Assembly: GCF_006345805.1 (NCBI RefSeq)
Contig: NC_043024.1
Span: forward strand, 15,996,001-16,060,000
Reading direction: 5' to 3'
Length of the DNA stretch: 64,000 bases
Source: Octopus sinensis
Taxonomy: Eukaryota
The position numbers were made by a program, and so were the translations under genes. Shown in pieces: positions 1 to 12,792 of this stretch (position 1 is the stretch's first letter; each line of letters begins with the position of its first letter). Under the pieces are notes generated by a model. That model was not told the DNA's origin and did no database searches. It saw only the letters and a program-made list of their open reading frames with translations.

Positions 1-7
1 AACAAAG
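1..7 (+). CDS. GCLC: 3' end of a GCLC-like exon (…ITK), copy A; exon starts before the window
   Basis: aacaaag|gtaaatattgattt matches the exon end and donor of the copy B exon at 39511 (rc aacaaag|gtaaatattgattt). Phase 0 fits the next exon. Confidence 0.6.
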
Positions 8-329
8 GTAAATATTGATTTCTCTACAATAAATATTGGACTCTTTCATTTAACTAAAGATATTTATGAACTACAGTTGGCGTTTAATTATATCTCAAAA
101 CATTGCTTTCTTAAGATTGTTCTTTTAAAATTAACATCTTTTTTAATCATGAAACATTTTAAAATATTTACACTATATTTCAACCGGTTTGGCTTCAGCC
201 ACTATCATGTTTCGGGTTTTGGGATGGAAACAGGAAACTGCTTCGTGAGATTAGGGCAAAGCAACTGAGATTTCTATGTCATGTAATAAGGAACAGCGCC
301 TGGAAAATTTATAACCAGTTCTTTTTCTT

Positions 330-1160
330 AAATCATTTACAATCTGCCACATGTCACAGCCCATGTTTCACTGTCATGTAGCATAGCTGTTTGCACACAG
401 GCATCATACAATCTACCTTTCACTCTAAGGTGGGGTCCCATTGTTAATAACAAAACTGGTAGCTCTCTGTACTTTGCCCAGCTTGTTCTTATTCTAGCAA
501 CTATGCTCTCAGAACTTCTTCCACCACTGTTAACTTGATCATTTGGGTAATGGAAGTTATCTACTGCTTCCAAGGATTTTCACAGATATTTGAAGAAGCT
601 TATTTTCTGTACCTTCCGAGTTTTTATTGTACCCACTCATCTGTCACACATAAAGACTACTTTCTCTGTTAATTTTCCTGTAGCACTGCTGCACCTCTTA
701 TGTATCCATAGCTTGCACTGGGTACCCTGTATGAAGTACCTACAAACACATTTTCTACATACGATCAGTGTTAGTGATTTGTCCACTTTTGCTACTTACT
801 AGAACTTTGTTCAATACCTGAAAGTTCTTTAGTTCTTGTAGGGATTCAGCTACAAAAACAAGGTCATCAGCTAGAGAAGCTCCCAAGGGCAGCCAGTCTT
901 AAATTCCACTGTTATGTCCTGGAGGACTATGATAAACAAGAGGAGGCTGAGAACTGATCCTTGGTGAACTCCTACCTGTGCACTAAATTCCTTGCTATGC
1001 TCATTGCTGATTTTCACCTTATCGACATCTCTGCACATGGCAGGTGCAGCTCTCACCAACCACTCATCTATCCCTTGCTTCCACATTAATCACAAGGTAA
1101 GAGAGTGGAGGATCCTATCACTGGCTTTCTCCATATTGCTAAAAGCCAAGTACAGAGGTT
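330..1160 (-). mobile_element. Decayed RTE-clade LINE reverse transcriptase fragment
   Basis: ORF pieces QVGVHQGSVLSLLLFIIVLQ…GCPWELL and RVKGRLYDACVQTAMLHDSETW are typical RTE RT motifs. Confidence 0.85.
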
Positions 1161-1309
1161 TATTTTTGGCTAAATATTTTCCCTACAGTTGTCTTAATAG
1201 TTAATATCACCAGAAAAGGATTAAGTCTGAACAACTCAATATTACACATGACACACTAATGTATTTTATTCTCTCCGTCTTTTTTGTAATAATATATATA
1301 TATATACTA

Positions 1310-1450
1310 TGTCATTGGCCAGTGCTGGTGAGTCATAAAAGGCACCCATTACACTATTGGAGTGGTTGGTGTTAGGAAGTGCATCCAGCTGTAGACACCA
1401 AGCACAATCAGACTAAAGCCTGGTATAGCTCTCTGGCTTACCAGTTCCAG
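1310..1450 (+). mobile_element. Unexpanded 3' UTR fragment of the RTE family that forms the arrays at 14.6-17.0 kb and 51.9-63.8 kb
   Basis: cataaaaggcacccattacactattggagtggttggtgttaggaagtgcatccagc is similar to 63890-63950. Confidence 0.7.
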
Positions 1451-1451
1451 A

Positions 1452-1489
<38 letters not shown>

Positions 1490-1629
1490 TAATCGAAGTG
1501 TGCAATATTATATATCCATTACAGCTGATCGGTTTCACATCAGGAGTTCAAAGGTGCGTTAGGTAACAGTCCAGTTAAGCAACCCTGCGCTCTTTAAAGG
1601 TAGCTGTTATGGAATGTAGAATGATGGCT

Positions 1630-1698
1630 ACCTCTGAAGAGCGTGGGGTTATATAATTCAACTGTTACCTAACACTGTGCGAAACCGATTGGTAAGAT
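1630..1698 (+). ncRNA. Type I hammerhead ribozyme motif (PLE-like)
   Basis: CTGAAGA at 1634-40, stem II GCG…TGC, GAAA at 1681-84, near-palindromic ACCGATTGGT and GUA site at 1692-94. Stem I is short with a mismatch. Confidence 0.7.
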
Positions 1699-2164
1699 CT
1701 GCTGTGGTGGATATATAATATTGTAGACTTTGATTAATATACCCACTGCTGACAGATATATGAGTGCATTTTTTCCTGACTTATGGACTCTTAGACAGCT
1801 TACAGATACACACACACACACATATATATTCAATGTATCATATAATATACCCGAAAAAGAAGAACATTCCAAGGCATAGACGTAATGTATTTTTATGTAG
1901 TTAAGTCTAAGTGCGGTCATAGTGATCAATGGTTTCGCATCAAGCCCTATGGATGGTTCGTCAGACTCTAAAGCCGAAGGCCCATATAACTCTTCAACCC
2001 TGGAAGGCAGGAATCCGTTATGGTCTGTTAGCAAGTAACCGAAGAATAAGCAATACAGGTCGGCGAGGATGAGTTATCTCCTTTAGACCGGTTCATCTGG
2101 GCCAAAATGTGTGTGTGTGTGTGTATTAAAATATCTTCTTACATGTAATTTTTCCTTCTCCAAG

Positions 2165-2246
2165 GTTACTGAAAACTTCCCACCAGCACAAAAACGAGAT
2201 GCCATTACTAAAGAAAAGTTTTACTTCAGGAAAAATGTTCAACAAG
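2165..2246 (+). CDS. GCLC: GCLC-like copy A exon, VTENFPPAQKRDAITKEKFYFRKNVQQ(E)
   Basis: Pyrimidine tract+AG at 2163-64 and GT at 2247; 82 nt (3n+1). Aligns to vertebrate GCLC VDENMKVAQKRDAVLQGMFYFRK. Confidence 0.9.
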
Positions 2247-2609
2247 GTAAGAATTGAATTTCTTAGAAATTCTGAGAACGAAAACACAATTTTAACTTTG
2301 ACTAAATTTTGTAAAGGATTAAAAAATCTAATAGGGATACCCAAAACGGCCCCTAATATTTTCTTGTTTAGACACAGATCATAACAATCAAGAGTTGCGA
2401 TATCCTTAGTCATCATAAACAGTATTTAAGGATTTCTCGATGTTACCATATGGGTATATATTTTCTGTATGGAACACTATGTATCTAAAATACCCGGAGG
2501 TTAGGGTGACTGGGTTACGGATACACAGACAAGCACCGTTATTTATCACCGAACATGCACAATTAAATGTATTTACTATAGCTAATCTATAATTTTTTCT
2601 GCTAATTAG

Positions 2610-2680
2610 AAGTCGCTGATTGTGAACTAACTGGTGATATTTATACCTTGATGACTCTAAACGAAATCATGAATGGAAAG
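2610..2680 (+). CDS. GCLC: GCLC-like copy A exon, (E)VADCELTGDIYTLMTLNEIMNGK
   Basis: AG at 2608-09 and GT at 2681; 71 nt with compatible phases. Matches GCLC EYTLMSIDTIINGK. Confidence 0.9.
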
Positions 2681-3099
2681 GTAAAAGATATTTTTAATAA
2701 TCCTTTAATCTTTAACTCTATATATTTCATTGTAAATGCTAGTTTTTCTAAACATCAACTTGTGATTTCCTTAGCCACGTCATTAGCAATGTTTCAGAAG
2801 TCACTGGACATTTTGCATCTATTATCAATCAGACAATTTCATACAAGTAACACAGCCATTGTAAATCAAGTTCAAGCATAGCAAGTTCAAGTTAGCATGG
2901 GGCCTTTCAGATTTGTGCTAACTGATCACATACTATGAATCAGTTTAAAAAACATGACTAGTTTTGATATTATATTTGAACTTCTATCATGTCAATAAGG
3001 AATAGTTAAGTTTTGAATCCAAAAATTGGTAAGTTTCTGTATCAGGAAGCATTTCTGTAAAGGAAAGCTTTTAGTAAAACTGAGTAAGTAAAATCCTTA

Positions 3100-3600
3100 G
3101 CTGGGGACCAGAGTGGAGGCTCTCAACCAATATTCTGCTATGGGTGCTGCTGGATGACAGATTCTGGTGATGTTGTTATTCCATACTTTCCGATCCACAG
3201 CGCTGGCCTAAGCAGTCTCGTGGTCGAGGCACTGCAAGTAAAATCTGTAGCTGGCGACTGGAGGGGAGGCTGTCCTCTCATCCAATATGCTGCTGGATGA
3301 CGGACTCTGGCGACAATGTTATATCACACTTTCTGGTCCATGGTACTGGACTTAGCATTCTTGACGTCAAGACGCTGTAACTTCAGGACTTCCACAATTT
3401 GTTTTGCTCATGTCTTCTGGATTCTTCAGTGCAAGGTTCACTGTTACCACAAAAGTGAGTGTAGTAGTCTTTCAGTGCTCATCCTGCAGACGTGGCCAAA
3501 CCACTGAGGCCAGCATTGCTGGACTTGATCTTTAGTGGTCGGCTGCTGCTGGCATTGTACAACATTGCTTGCTTCGCTCAGCTTTAAAGACTCAGGATCA
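3100..3600 (-). mobile_element. Decayed non-LTR (RTE-like) 3' fragment
   Basis: The minus strand reads QWFGHVCRMSTERL, with stops. Confidence 0.55.
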
Positions 3601-4241
3601 ACAGGGACAAGAAAAAAGTCCTAACAACGGATGGCTTCCTAGCCATTGTGCATCTTGATGGCATTCAGATTAAAAACTGTGAAAAGAGAAGAATCATCAT
3701 GGAAGCTGATGAGTTTATTAATCCTCTCTGAACTCTTGTATTGAATTTCCATTCAATAACTTGTAGAGTTGAAATAATTTCCAAGAGATTAGTTAATCTG
3801 AGATTTGATAAGATCAATTACTGTGAGAAGAGGGAAGAGGGTAGAATCTCTAGAAGTGCTTTCTCATAAAAATATTAAAAAACTTTTGTAACCAGCTGTC
3901 CGACCTCTTAAACAATTTCGAAACTTCAGGGAAGAAAACTGAAACTATTTAATTATTTTGCTTCTATTGCCAACAGGATAATTTCCCTTATTTGCTTCCT
4001 CTCATCTACACACATCACTAATTTTCCTTGTCATAATTTTCTGCAATTCATCGTTAGTCTTCTCTCTAGTGTTTTAATGATTCACCACATTTTATGTTAG
4101 AAATCATCATAGTTTCATTAAAAGCGGGGTCAAAGACTGCCATAAATATATTCCAGATTATATAATGAAATTTTCTTTGGTCAACATCTCCAACAGAAAA
4201 ACTCAAACTATTTCCAATCCTTTTGATTCTATTCTCAACAG

Positions 4242-4359
4242 GATGATTTCCCTGGTTTAATTCCTCTCATACACAAATATCTTGATCATGTTGACTACGA
4301 TTCCAGTAAAAGACCTAAAATAATGCAATACCTGAAATTTCTCTCAGACAAAGCTGCAG
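4242..4359 (+). CDS. GCLC: GCLC-like copy A exon, DDFPGLIPLIHKYLDHVDYDSSKRPKIMQYLKFLSDKAA(G)
   Basis: AG at 4240-41 and GTAAG at 4360; 118 nt. Matches GCLC FPGLIPILNSYL…ILNYLKLIKKRASG. Confidence 0.93.
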
Positions 4360-4759
4360 GTAAGATGATTCTCATTTGTTTTCATCAATATTAAACAAAT
4401 GTTATTAGAAACATTCAACCTTAAAACTCATTGCTGAAAGTATTTATTTAAATAATAATTCGACATAGGTTTCCATAATTGATATTTATATAATACTAGC
4501 AGAGTTATCTGGCGTTGCCCGTGTTACATGCAATTGAAGAATTAGACTTTTCTGTTATATTTTCTGTAATTAACTGGAATACCTATGTTTCGAATTTCAT
4601 CAAAATTGAAGATGAGGGTTATGAGGTTTCTATAATCGATATTTATATAATATATATCCATCATTCCATTAGCAATTGAAATCCAAATGTTTAAAATTAA
4701 GGAAAATATCGCGTTTACTACACAAAGAAGATTATCTCCCATGCAATAGAAATGTCCAA

Positions 4760-5440
4760 GCTTGCTTCCCAATCACATGGTTCTAGGTTCAGTCCCACTG
4801 CGTGGCATTTTGAAAGTGTCTTCTATAAACTCGGGTCAACCAAAGCTACGTGAGAGGATTTGGTAGACGGAAACTGAAAGAAGCCCGTCGTATGTGTGTC
4901 TGTGTTTGTCCCCCCACCACTTGACATTCAGTGTTGGTGCGTTTACATCCATGTAACTTATTAGATCGGCAAAAGGACTGATAGAATAAGTGCGAGGCTT
5001 TAAAAAGTGCTAATGTTGTTTGATTCCACAGAAATTCACCAAGGCAGTGCTCCAGCATGGCCGCTGTCAAATGACTGAAGCTAGAAGACAAAACACACAC
5101 AGAGAGATGCATACACATATAGTAAAGACCGTTTTTGGTCGCGAATGACCATTGCATTGCACCTAGAAAGTTCCCATCTGAGGCAACTGTCTGGGCAAGG
5201 TTGTTCATGTAAGACCAGGCATCACCCATGCATACCAGCTTCCCTTCTCCACGTAACCGATGTTATCCAAGGGAAAGGCTAAAGGGGCCGATACAGTTTG
5301 GCACCAGTGACATCGCAGCTCATTTCTGCAGCTGAGTGAACTGGAGCAACGTGAAACAAAAAGAAAACCCAGTCCGGGAATTGAACTAGCATCCCGAATA
5401 TAAGTCCCACACTTAACCACTGTGGTATGCACCTTCACAA
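4760..5440. mobile_element. Two adjacent tRNA-related SINEs in opposite orientation in the last intron of GCLC copy A
   Basis: Family motifs shared with other SINEs in the window. The block is duplicated in inverted form at about 23990-24715. Confidence 0.75.
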
Positions 5441-5516
5441 AAAGTTGTCGACAAACAACCACGTGATTTTATATATACACATATGATTGAAAACGTACGC
5501 ACTCATTAATATTTTA

Positions 5517-5549
<33 letters not shown>

Positions 5550-5848
5550 TACTTTTGCTCTTGTACTTGTTTCAGTCATTTGACTACGTCCATGCTGGAG
5601 CAACACCTTAAAGGGTCGAACAACACCTTAAAGGGTCAAACAACACCTTAAAGCGTCGAACAAATCGACCCCAAGACTTATTCTTTGTAAGCTTCGTAGA
5701 AACAATTATCACTGCTAAAACTATTAGGGCTTTATCTATTTGTACCTCATTTGACGAAGCCAGGATATTGTTACAGAATACACCAAATAATTTCCATCTG
5801 AAATGAAAAACGAATTATTTATTATTCTAATTTATTTTTATCTTACAG

Positions 5849-6015
5849 GAAAGATAATGACAATGGCCCAATGGACAAGACAGTTTGTAAGAAATCATGA
5901 AGATTACAAGAATGATTCTGTTGTCAGTGAGAGAATCGCTTATGATTTTATGATGGAATGTGAAAAGATTGTCAACAGTGAAGAACGATTTCCACAAGCT
6001 TTTATCAGGAGTTAA
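5849..6015 (+). CDS. GCLC: GCLC-like copy A terminal exon, (G)KIMTMAQWTRQFVRNHEDYKNDSVVSERIAYDFMMECEKIVNSEERFPQAFIRS*
   Basis: AG at 5847-48 and TAA at 6013-15. Matches GCLC [26 protein letters not shown]. Confidence 0.93.
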
Positions 6016-7899
6016 GGAAACATTTTAAGAACTTTATCGCATATTTAATTAACTGAGCTACAGAGAACGTTGTCTACATAACCAAACTAATTTACATCAC
6101 ACTAACTAAACAGGATATATATATATAAATGGAATTAAACACAGGTTTTATTCAAATTCTTTTACTTCCGACACATGTTTCAAAGATATCACTTGTATTA
6201 TTCAAAAAACAATCTCTTACAAATTATCTCTTCACATAATATTAACTTGTTAAATATTGGTACATTTACTAATACTAACATTAATTTAGCTAATACCATC
6301 CATCCCCCTAGAAATATTAATAACAATGTTATTGTATTTGAAGTCAATTACAACACAATCAAGTTTGTGTCAAGTAACTCTAAAATTAAAAATCCCATAT
6401 TCCATTGTAAAATTACTAATGGTAATGAAGTATTTTTTTTTATATAAGAAGCACATCTTCTCAGTTATCTAAAAGAATTTCTAATCATTACTATACATTT
6501 AGGGATAGGAATAAACGTAACAGTACAGGGCTTAATAAATTAATTTTGGATCTAAAAGACCACAATAAACAATTTAATTTAGATTGGTTGATTCTTTCAA
6601 TCTCGATACCTTATGACAAGGAATTCTGTCTTTGTAATTCTCAACTATTTTTTATACTTTTTTCTAAAAATCCGCTTGTAAACACGGTTATAGAGCGTGC
6701 ATACCGATGTAAACATTGACTCCAGCATGGCCGCAGTCAAATAACTGAAACAAGCAAAAGAAGACACAAATAAAGGAATATAAATATCATATTTAGATAT
6801 ACATACACACATTCTTACATTTTCTTGTTTCGGTCATTTGACTGCGGTCAAGCTGGACCACTACCTTAAGGGATTTGAACCAAATGAATGGCCCCCAGAG
6901 CTTATTCTCTGTAAGCCTAGTACTTATTACTCTGATATAAGAAATCAATTTCGTTATAGCTGCCACAAAAGGTGTATTTTCTGTCATGAAAAAGTACAAA
7001 AAAATGTCAGCTGGAGGAAGGAGATTGTCAGAGGTTGGCGAGATGCAACGGCATAATTCTGCTTAGCGATGGCATCTGGAAAATGTATAACTGCTGTCAT
7101 TCACAGAAAAATTATTATTTTACCGTGAGAAGAGCGCTGTTGAAGTGTTAAGTGAAATTTGGTAATCAAGGATCGAACCCATGCTATGCCTGCATGAAGC
7201 CACTACAAATACATTGTGGAATAAAAAATTTACCTACTGTCATGGAAAAAGTGTAACAGTAAAAATGCAGAATTATTGGAGTAATGGGCATTCAAAAACA
7301 TATGAATGTATAGAAATGTATGAATGAAGTCTTTAAAGTTTAAGATTCAAATTAAGGAAGTGCAATAATAATGTTTAGCAGTTCAAAACTGTGAGCAATG
7401 AAATGCAGAATTAGGTCGGCTGATCGTGCGAATCAAATGTTGATTGCTTCACTAAAATCTGCAGATGGTATGGGTTACTTCCTTTGGGTTGTTTAAATAT
7501 TAGTAATATATGGTAGATAGAAGGATCCATTGGAAGGGCCCTATTATCGATATTTTCAACAGTCTAAGTATGTCATGAGGTTTCCAGACATGAGTTCTAC
7601 TCACGTGTCAAATAAAGTATGAAAGTGATAATGTCTGCAAAATTAGAAATAGGACACACAAAAAATCAATATTCAAAGTAATCGAACATAAACCATGAAA
7701 TGGGATATTTCCTTTGAGTGTTTAAAAAATAGTGCTATGAGTTATTTCCCTTGGGTGTTTAAAAAATATTTGTTTTATGAGGTAGATATAAAGGTCCCTT
7801 TTTTCATCAATTTTCATTGAAATCAATAAAACGATGTAGGAGGAGTTAGCTAACATATAATCAAATACAGAGATCGTGCCCCTCGTGGCCACAGTCCAC

Positions 7900-8660
7900 T
7901 CACTGATTGTTTTAACTCCCCCATCCTCTCCTCTTCCCCCCTCTCCTCCCCCTCTTCTTCCCCTCCCCTTCTCTCCCCCCTCTTCTCCCCTCCCCCTCTT
8001 CTCCTCACTACACCACACGACTTTACACATCACATCATATATGATGTGCCATACTAATACATACACCAACTAATACATACTAATACGTACTAATACATAC
8101 TAATACATACTAATACATACACCAACCCTACACATACACACGTCCAGACCCCTCATACGCACTTATACTCTCTCATACACACACACACACACACTTATAC
8201 ATACTAATACGTACTGATACATACTAATACATACACCAACCCCATACATACGCACGTCCAGACCAATCCTACGCACTAATACTCTCTCATACACACACAC
8301 CCTTATACATACTAATACATACACCAACCCTATACCTACACACGTCCAGACCCCTCCTACGCACTATTAGCTGGTCCTTCAACCCTATTATCAACCCTAT
8401 TATCTCCCCTTATTTCGCTCTCGCGTCTCATGTTTGATCTTTGACCTCTGGCCGAAATCAGATCGCCATGTTGATTCGTTAGCTACTGCACGCATTTTTT
8501 TTCTCTCCTTCTTTCTGTGTTTTTTTTCTCTCAGTGTATCTTTCTGTTGAAGAGCGTAGGCTCGAAACGTTAAAGACTTGTTTTATTTATATTTCCTGAG
8601 CGCCATACTAATACAATTGTTCGTTTGTTTTCCACCTGCCTTCGTCTTTTGTCTATTTTC
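7900..8660 (+). mobile_element. Non-coding repeat element with internal tandem repeats and a hammerhead-like motif
   Basis: Purine/pyrimidine tract, TAATACATAC repeats and three degenerate ~90-130-bp units. It shares the tail cctgagcgcc…taata with the elements at 13.6-14.5 kb and 34.4-35.3 kb. Confidence 0.6.
8539..8576 (+). ncRNA. Minimal (dimer-type) hammerhead-like motif with variant core CUGUUGA
   Basis: tcttt-CTGTTGA-A-GAGC(GTAG)GCTC-GAAAC-GTT-aaaga: 5-bp stem I, 4-bp stem II and a loopless ACGT palindrome as stem III. Confidence 0.6.
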
Positions 8661-8990
8661 ATAAAGCTTCCCGTTATATATATATATACATACATATATC
8701 TGTATATATACATATCTATATATATATATACATACATACATATATATATATTTACATATATATATATAAGTATATATATAAATATATATATAAATATTTA
8801 TACATATATATATTACATATATATATATATACATACATATATATTTATATACATACATATATAAATATATATATACATATATATAAATATATATATAATA
8901 TATATATATATATCTATATATATATATATCTATATATATATATATATATATATCATATATATTATACATATATATATATACATACATATA

Positions 8991-9037
<47 letters not shown>

Positions 9038-9155
9038 ATAAACACTATTATTTCTAAATCTCTCAAAGATATTCAGTAACATCGATGTTTCCTGGAACTA
9101 AAACAACAGTAACAATCGTCCTATCCAGGATAGCCACATTATGTTGCCAAATAGT

Positions 9156-9198
<43 letters not shown>

Positions 9199-9677
9199 GA
9201 GAGAGGGGAGGGAGGGACTGATACAGAGAGAGAGAGTGTGTGAGTGAACAATAAGAAAATGGAGGGGATCAATAAGTGGTATTCATCAACTTTTAGGCAT
9301 TATATTATGTCAATTTATTTATTTATTTACTAAAATGACAATTACAAGAATATACATTCATGTATAACATATGCTTTACATATAAAATATATTAATATAT
9401 AAAGATACCAGTAATTATTAAAATATAACATATAAGTTGACATAATATAATGTCTAAAAGTTGATGAATCACCTGTTGATCCCCTCCATTTTCTTATTTG
9501 CTATATAAATTAATGGTAAAATATCTCTTTACTTTCACCCATTTAGTACACTCGGTAATGTGATTTCAATGTAATAGAAAACACTTGTGTATTAATAATT
9601 GGGTATTCTACCAACAGTATATTGGATAGATATTATCCCTTAGTTGGTTGGATTCACAACCTCTAACTTTCTTGGAG

Positions 9678-9720
<43 letters not shown>

Positions 9721-9878
9721 ACGAACTTCTTTCGGTTGCTGTCTACCTAACTCACAAGGCTCGAGGCTATGGTAGAAGACATTTACCCAAGGTGCCGCGC
9801 AGTGGAACTGAAACCAGGACCAAATGGTTGGGAACCAAGCTTCTTACAACACAGCAACGCCTGCACCTATCTATATAA

Positions 9879-9971
<93 letters not shown>

Positions 9972-10179
9972 GTGAAATAGAAAGATGAATAATCTTGTAG
10001 TAGATTAATCAAAAGTTTAACCGATACCTTAGTAGCAAAAATCACAGCAGTAAACAGCACGGTTGGAGGTACAACCATCTGGCGTTGCAACCGTGCGTTG
10101 GTGCGGATAATTGAAATTAAAACATTATTGGTGAATTGAAGAAATGGAGCTGAACGCAGATTGAACAGAAATCGTTTTA

Positions 10180-10269
10180 TTTCATTCTACACGTGTTTCG
10201 AAAGGCACAAATTACCAAAATCCGATTGAATAATGGGACCATATTGTGTCTTTCTCTTCAGGAAGAAAA
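10180..10269 (-). ncRNA. Type I hammerhead ribozyme in the inverted repeat of PLE1
   Basis: Reverse complement of 12703-12792. Confidence 0.85.
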
Positions 10270-12702
10270 AAGGAAATCCGTTGGAAAAACAATTCCCGGA
10301 GATCGCGGGCGGCCTGTATCGTGACGATTGTCTGTTTTACCTGCAAAACACCACGAACAGAATAGTGCAGAAAACTAAGAGCAGGTTAGCTAGGTTTTTT
10401 AATAGAATGGGCATGAGTATAGTTTTTGATAATGAACTCACCAAGGCTAATTTCCTAGACGTTACACTTAACCTTAATAGCGACTCATACTGCCCTTACC
10501 ATAAGCCTTCCACTAATTTGAAGTATGTCAGTGTCTTCTCAAATCATGCCAAAACCGTAACAGACAATTTGGTTAAAAACATCTCTCTAAGATTGTCTGG
10601 CTTGTCCGCCAGTGCCGATATTTTTATGCAGAAAGCGGATTTTTATAACGCCGCACTATCCAAGGCCGGTTATAGGCAGAAGGTAATTTATATTGATCCG
10701 GCCCTTCCGATGCCATCATTCGGTCATCAGGATAGGGCCGTATATAATAACATTAACATTTTAAGTAAGGACGGGAGCGCGGCGGATGCCGGGGTAGTCG
10801 CTCCCGCATTTAATTTAGCGAACAAGGATAATTATCGGTCCGGGAGGTCTTACACTAACCCAAGACCCGTTATTCATCCGAGAATCACCCACCCGAATGC
10901 GAGAGCTGGCGTCCCGACCCATCACACTGATAGGAATAAGCATATATGGTTTGTAATCCCCTTTGGTAAGCAGATTAGAACTAACCTCCCCCTCATGTTT
11001 AGACAAGCCATCGCCAATAACTTCCCCAGAAATTCCAAATATTACTCCACGGTTAACTCACATAAAGTTAGGATAGCTTTCTCCAACACACTAAAAACCT
11101 CGCCCAGATAATCGCCTCCCATAATAATAGGCTACTTACTAAGACCCTATCACCTTTTTCCGGAGGCACAGCCTCTTCCGCTCCCGGTTTAATGCTCAGT
11201 AGGAATAATTATAGTAGTAATAATGATATGAGAGCCAGTACAGTGACACATAATCTCAGCTCCAGCCAGGGAGTACCCACTAGGGGTATAGTTATAAATA
11301 GGGGTGTTGTGGTTGACGGTAACAATGGGAGTAGGGTAGAGAGCCCCATTAGCATCCCCAGCATCATTTCCCGCAATAGCAGTACCACGGGCAGTAGCAA
11401 TGACAGCACTCTGATAGATAGTGGAGAATCAGGGGTTATTCCTATAGTTAATAGTGACGTAGTGGAAAATAGAGTAGTAAGCGGCTGCAGGTCTCGGAAC
11501 GAATATAGTGACAGGAACGCAGTTCTAATTTCAGAAACCAATCCTAGCAGATTAAGATTCACGTCGGCGAACTCCAAGATCAAAAACGCCGTCTACCAAT
11601 GCAAGGTTTACAATGCAAGGTTTACTTTTCGGGACGTGAACAAGCGCCAGACCACGGGACTCAGTAAGCTAATATGGCGACTGAAGGATGCGAACTTAAG
11701 CTATAGGCTGGAATGGTCAATTTTGTCGGTGGCCCTCCCATTTGATAGGGGCAGAAGACAGTGCAACCTTTGTGTAAACCTTGCAATGTAGGGGCATCAT
11801 CCTCAAGATTGTCTTTGCGTGTCTCCAACCATTACGCAACTTTTCGGGACGTGAACAAGCGCCAGACCACGGGACTCAGTAAGCTAATATGGCGACTGAA
11901 GGATGCGAACTAAGCTATAGGCTGGAATGGTCAATTTTGTCGGTGGCCCTCCCATTTGATAGGGGCAGAAGACAGTGCAACCTTTGTGTCTCCGAACTCT
12001 TCCATATTTTGTTTGCCAGAGGCCGGATGGTAAACGGCTCTTACAGTCGGCTTTTCGATGCCCCCATTGGCGGCGTTACACTTATCTGGCCTTTAAATAG
12101 CGTTTATAAATAATACCGGCACCCATAGCCCTTGGTAACAAATTCTGAAATAGCCTTTAAGATATCTACGATTAACCACTGCAAGGGGAATTACTCCTGT
12201 AAGACAACGGGGCTTGGTTTTTTCACAGCGGGGGGGTTTTCCTTGACAAGGCAGGCTTAGATGAACACACACACACATAAAACATAATATATATATATTT
12301 TTTTTATTTTTTTCTTTCTGCCACCCAACGGTTATCACGGCAGTAGCCACTGACAGCCGAACGATCAAACGCACACACGTACACAAAAAATGTTTTCTAC
12401 CCCTACGCCAACACACACATATATAGAACAGTATACACACACCACGTCTCAAAGTAGATTTTTTCTCGCCCCTTATAAAACATCCAATATTCTTTAAATA
12501 GTCAGAACTTTATTCTCGGTCACAAAGAACATATTACACCCACACCCACATGATTGACCGATGCCTGACCCGTTGAATTCTTCAGCACACCGGTTCTCAA
12601 CATACACTGATAAACAGTTTTCGCCATGGGCTCTTAGGAGCACAGTTCGATTTGTTTTTTGCTCCGCCTCTGTTCTGTTTTGTTTTTTCCAACGGATTTC
12701 CT

Positions 12703-12792
12703 TTTTTTTCCTGAAGAGAAAGACACAATATGGTCCCATTATTCAATCGGATTTTGGTAATTTGTGCCTTTCGAAACACGTGTAGAATGAAA
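12703..12792 (+). ncRNA. Type I hammerhead ribozyme at the 3' end of PLE1
   Basis: CTGAAGA at 12711-17, stem II GAAAGACAC/GTGCCTTTC, GAAA at 12773-76, palindrome ACACGTGT and GUA with cleavage after 12784. Stem I is tttttttc/gaatgaaa. Confidence 0.88.

Noticed and set aside
3932-6125. Treating the inverted identity with 17385-25378 as a pure assembly artefact
   Set aside because: Copy-specific insertions, substitutions and distinct upstream exons favour two real loci, although read-level confirmation is still needed.
6655-6720. Possible hammerhead relic (CTAAAAA…GCATACCGATGTA); similar weak cases at 9070-9150 and 27995-28045
   Set aside because: Several invariant core positions are lost or stems do not pair, so they cannot be supported as ribozymes.
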